From the human T2T-CHM13v2.0 reference genome, Homo sapiens: 64,000 nt of DNA. Position 1 is the stretch's first letter, and each line of letters starts with the position of its first letter. Shown piece after piece: positions 58,831 through 64,000 of this stretch. Under the pieces are notes generated by a model, which searched no databases, was not told the origin of the DNA, and saw only the letters and a list, made by a program, of their open reading frames with translations. The DNA is taken from NCBI RefSeq assembly GCF_009914755.1, contig NC_060925.1; one strand, written 5' to 3'. The translations under genes were made by a program, and so were the position numbers.

Positions 58831-59282
58831 AGAAGGGGCATCTCAGCCTGCTTTGGAACTCTCTGACCCCCACCAAGGTGTACCCCCATCAAGGTGCAAG
58901 ACTGTACTTTCTGAGGCCTCTGCCTAGGCCTTCATCCTTGAACCCCTATACTCAATTATCCCTTCTCTATTACTCGTTCTTTCAATCTCAACCTGCCCCT
59001 CTTCATACTACTTGGCCCCTTGCATCCTTCTGGATGATCTTTCAACCCTTGACTTCCATCACCACCCAGATGTGTTATGGCTGATTCCCAGCATGGCATT
59101 CTTTCTAATTTCCACATCTACGATATGCAAAGAACTGTGCAAAGTGTTGGATGGGGAGACAAAAGTATAATTTAAAAGAATGCCTCTGCCCTCCAGACAT
59201 AGAAACGATTAAATGAGTCCTGAACAGTGATGTGATGGTGGCCCCTTCAGGAGTTCATCAGCAGGCAGAGAAGTGAATTGGA

Positions 59283-59766
<484 letters not shown>

Positions 59767-59954
59767 CTAAGGGAAGGAGAGATGTCAAAGGAGAGGAGTG
59801 CACCGAAGTCCCCAGTCAGCAATGTCTGGTGCCCGGGCTGAACATTCCAGCTTGCTTCAAAACATTCTGCATTTGAATTTTGAAACCTCTACTGCACCGG
59901 CCTGGAATCAGTTGTTTATTTTGGACATTTTGGAAGACTCCTTGATCTTGTCCA

Positions 59955-60362
59955 TCAGGGAGTTAAATGCAGAAGCCTGCAGAAGCCGAGCTGAAGCACA
60001 GTGCCAGGGAGTACTGGGGCCTGTGCACCCAGAGCACAGCCTGAAAGAGCACGCACAGCTTCAGCAAAGTGTTGCTGCTGGGAAGGAAGGTGTGGTGTTG
60101 CCTGATTTTCCTACTTTTTAAGAGAATCAGGAAATCCACATTAAAAAAAAATTATTCTTAATTTTGCTCATTGGAAACTAGTGTTTCAAAAATAAATTAA
60201 TCCCTCTCTTTCTAGTTCTTCCTAGAGTGAGGAAAAGCTGGGTTGAGAGGGCAAACAAATTAACTAATTAATTAACTAATTAAACACTTTGGGGGGGCCA
60301 ACACAAAATTTTTTCGTGGATAAGATATGGCCAAGTGGTTATATCAGTTTGAGGTTTCTAGA
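59955..60362. mobile_element. MER102-like hAT-Charlie element interrupted by mir-320b-1
   Basis: gttgcctgattttcc..tttttaagagaatcaggaaatcc before the miRNA and acactttgggggggccaacacaaaa...cagtttgaggtttct after it resemble consecutive MER102 segments (from memory). Confidence 0.45.
60195..60273 (+). ncRNA. MIR320B1: microRNA hairpin mir-320b-1; mature miR-320b at 60233-60254
   Basis: Mature AAAAGCTGGGTTGAGAGGGCAA recognised as miR-320b. The upstream arm CCCTCTCTTTCTAGTTCTTCC pairs with GGAAAAGCTGGGTTGAGAGGG. Confidence 0.92.
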
Positions 60363-60674
60363 CCTACCAATAGCTATAACCAAAAGGCTAATATAAAACC
60401 ACAAATGGCATAGAGTTACATGTTTTAAGGGGAAAAAAATGAAGGGTGTTAGCCAAGTTATCCTTCATCACTTGAAAGAAGATTGAAGCCAAGGCATTTT
60501 GTCTAAGGATAGGCTGATACTGTGTACTCACAAGCAACTGATGTTAATTGTTCTTAATGTACTTCAAAATGCCAAATGAAAAGAGCAAACCTCCCTACCT
60601 CACAAAACAGCCAAGTTGGAGCTAAAAGTGTCCCACTCAACAATTCTCCCGAGAGCCAGCTTTCTTCTGGGTGA

Positions 60675-61119
<445 letters not shown>

Positions 61120-61177
61120 TAGCCAGTGGGTAGTCCCCAAAGGCTTTATCCACAGGTGGGTGTTCAGAACCTGAGAT

Positions 61178-61191
61178 GCGCCATCTAGCGT
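61178..61191 (-). promoter_or_regulatory. Candidate CTCF motif
   Basis: Minus strand ACGCTAGATGGCGC is a near match to the CTCF core, within a locally CpG-retaining patch (61170-61370). Confidence 0.5.
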
Positions 61192-61359
61192 TAGAGAAGG
61201 GTCTGGATTTGCGCCCCCGCCCCCGATGGAGCTTCGAAGATGACTTTATCCCACAGGGGGAAATAAGATTGTATTCAGCTAACGTTCTTCTTTCCTCACA
61301 AAACCCCTGTGCTGTGTTAGCTTATTTTCTTGGATGACGGCGAAGAGCGAATCTGAAGA

Positions 61360-62061
<702 letters not shown>

Positions 62062-63344
62062 TCACAAAGCATTTAAAGTGCAGATTCCCAGGCCCCATTT
62101 AGAAGATCCTATTTCTGAACATATGTCTGAGACTAGTCTAAGAAGACTTTTAAAAGGGATCTTTCAGGTCAAAATTTTATGATGGATTTTCACAGATTCA
62201 TGATCCCATCCCCTCTGTCCAAGTCCATTTTTGATTGGGATTGAGAATTCCCTCAACTGCATAGCTTGACCCCAGATCAAAAGAATCAGAGGAGCTCATC
62301 TCTTCTACCAGTATTCCATTCTGAACTTAGTTCTCACCACGGTCAACAGGCTCCCGATCTTTCCCAGCCCCAAACCTTGAGCATTTAATGACTCTCCATT
62401 CGTCTTTTCCAAAATCTCAGCAAATCCTGATTTTTTTCTTAACTCAATAGCCTTGCATCTGCATCTCCTTACATCCAGCTCTGGCTCTTGGCCCATGCTC
62501 TTCCCTGTATGGCCTCCCTCCCTTTGCTAAAGAATTTAAAGAACCCAAACCTGTGGGTAGGCTGAAAGCCATGACGCTTGTCACGTTGGAGTAGCTTTTC
62601 TGAATTAGATTGGCTGACCCCCAATCTTTCTCTCTCAACGTCCCAGGGCAGCTGGGCTGTCTGCCTGGGCTGGCTGCCACTTTCAACCATGCTGTGGTCC
62701 AGGTGGAGGACTCTAAGAATTTGACTTGGCCTCTCCAATGAAAAGATGTTAGTTTGATCACAGAGCGTCTGTCCTTGCACAAGGAAAAGTGTGTCACCAT
62801 ATATCTGAGATTCTAAGAATCCAAACAACCATGATATTACAGCAGAATGGAGCCTTGTAGATGGGATGTTTTTTCTGAGACATCTGTTACCCCACTAGTC
62901 GCCAGGGCTGTCTGGCCTGATCTGGCTGGCATGTTGCCTCTCCCTGTAAAAGAGTGCAAAGACATTGGCAAATCTCACCCAAATATATATGAATTTGGCT
63001 GTCAGTTTCCAAAAGTTCACTTGGAAGTTAATTATTTGGAACTCAGAACATATTTTCCCATAACAGTAATATAATAAATGGTGATTATATTTCCAGGCTG
63101 ACATGCAAGTGTGTTTAACCCTTAACATGCTTGAAATGCTACATATTTCAGAGGGAAAAAGCAGTATACCAACAATACAGTCAAAATACCAGGGATTCAA
63201 TAATACTGAAAAATAACGTCAGGACAAAAGCTTAATAAATTCAGTTAACATATAGCACTGTTCTATGCCCTGGGGTGGTAAAGAAAGCAGGCAAGTTTCC
63301 TATCCTCATGAGTTTACATTCTTTATTAGTTTCTCTGTTTATGG

Positions 63345-63476
63345 TCATCTTCCCCTGGGTATGTAAGCTGTCTGTGGGCTGGAATCTGGTCTGTCTTGTT
63401 CTCTGGTGTTGGTCCAATGCCTAGAATAATGCCTAGCACATAGGATGTGATCAACAAATATTTGTTGAATGAATAC
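63345..63476 (+). mobile_element. L2 3' end
   Basis: tgtaagct...gtctgtcttgttc...tgcctagaa..tgcctagcacatag...caacaaatatttgttgaatgaat. Confidence 0.75.
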
Positions 63477-63592
63477 GTTCTAGTTGGAAAGACAATAAAC
63501 AAGTAAGCAGACAAATATGCAATCATTTGCAGATGTGATAAATGCTATGAAGAAAAATGAAGCAGAGATCATAGGAATGGAGGTGGCTGGGG

Positions 63593-63764
63593 TTTTTTTT
63601 GTTTTTGTTTTTTTAAAGCTAGGGTCTTGCTTTGCCGCCCAGGCTGGAATGCAGTGGTACAATCGTAGTTCACTGCAGCCTAGAACTCCTGGACTCAAGT
63701 GATCCTCCTGCCTTAGCTTCCCAAGTAACTGTGCTATGCTGACACCACCACACCTGGCTAATTT
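63593..63764 (-). mobile_element. AluJ-like right arm
   Basis: atcgtagttcactgcagcctagaactcctggactcaagtgatcctcc. Confidence 0.85.
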
Positions 63765-63864
63765 TGGAGGTGGCTATTTTTGATGGGGTGGTCAGAATGG
63801 CATCTCTGAAGAAATACTACTTGCACAGAGATCTGAATGAAAGAAAGAATCATGGAAGATCTGA

Positions 63865-64000
<136 letters not shown>

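Noticed and set aside
62305-62828. Overlapping minus-strand ORFs suggesting a processed pseudogene
   Set aside because: No recognisable protein similarity, poly(A) tail or TSD. A tBLASTx/BLASTx search would settle it.

Overview
Primate (by recognition, human chr1p13) genomic DNA holding the 5' half of IGSF3 (EWI-3), an immunoglobulin-superfamily gene on the minus strand. It contains a CpG-island promoter and non-coding exon 1 (~56.1-56.2 kb), exon 2 (54730-55402; 630 nt of 5'UTR plus the signal-peptide start MKCFFPVLSCLAVL-G), a ~49.8-kb intron, and two phase-1 V-type Ig exons (4528-4905, 2213-2623; the second carries the EWI motif). The gene continues beyond position 1. About 4 kb upstream, on the opposite strand, lies the MIR320B1 hairpin (60195-60273). 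The rest is intronic or intergenic DNA rich in repeats (~25 Alus, MIR, L2, old L1, MaLR/ERVL LTRs, Tigger/MADE/MER DNA transposons); nearly all other ORFs in the track are Alu-derived or chance. I find no well-supported wholly new biological system. The best leads are: an 8-uATG leader containing a perfect-Kozak 38-codon uORF that ends in an AUGA stop/start overlap; signs that miR-320b-1 is a CpG-decayed retrocopy inserted into a DNA transposon; a (GGAA)13 microsatellite near the promoter; a UG-repeat-capped antisense Alu in intron 3; and two CTCF motifs. Repeat subfamily calls and many repeat boundaries are by eye and approximate.
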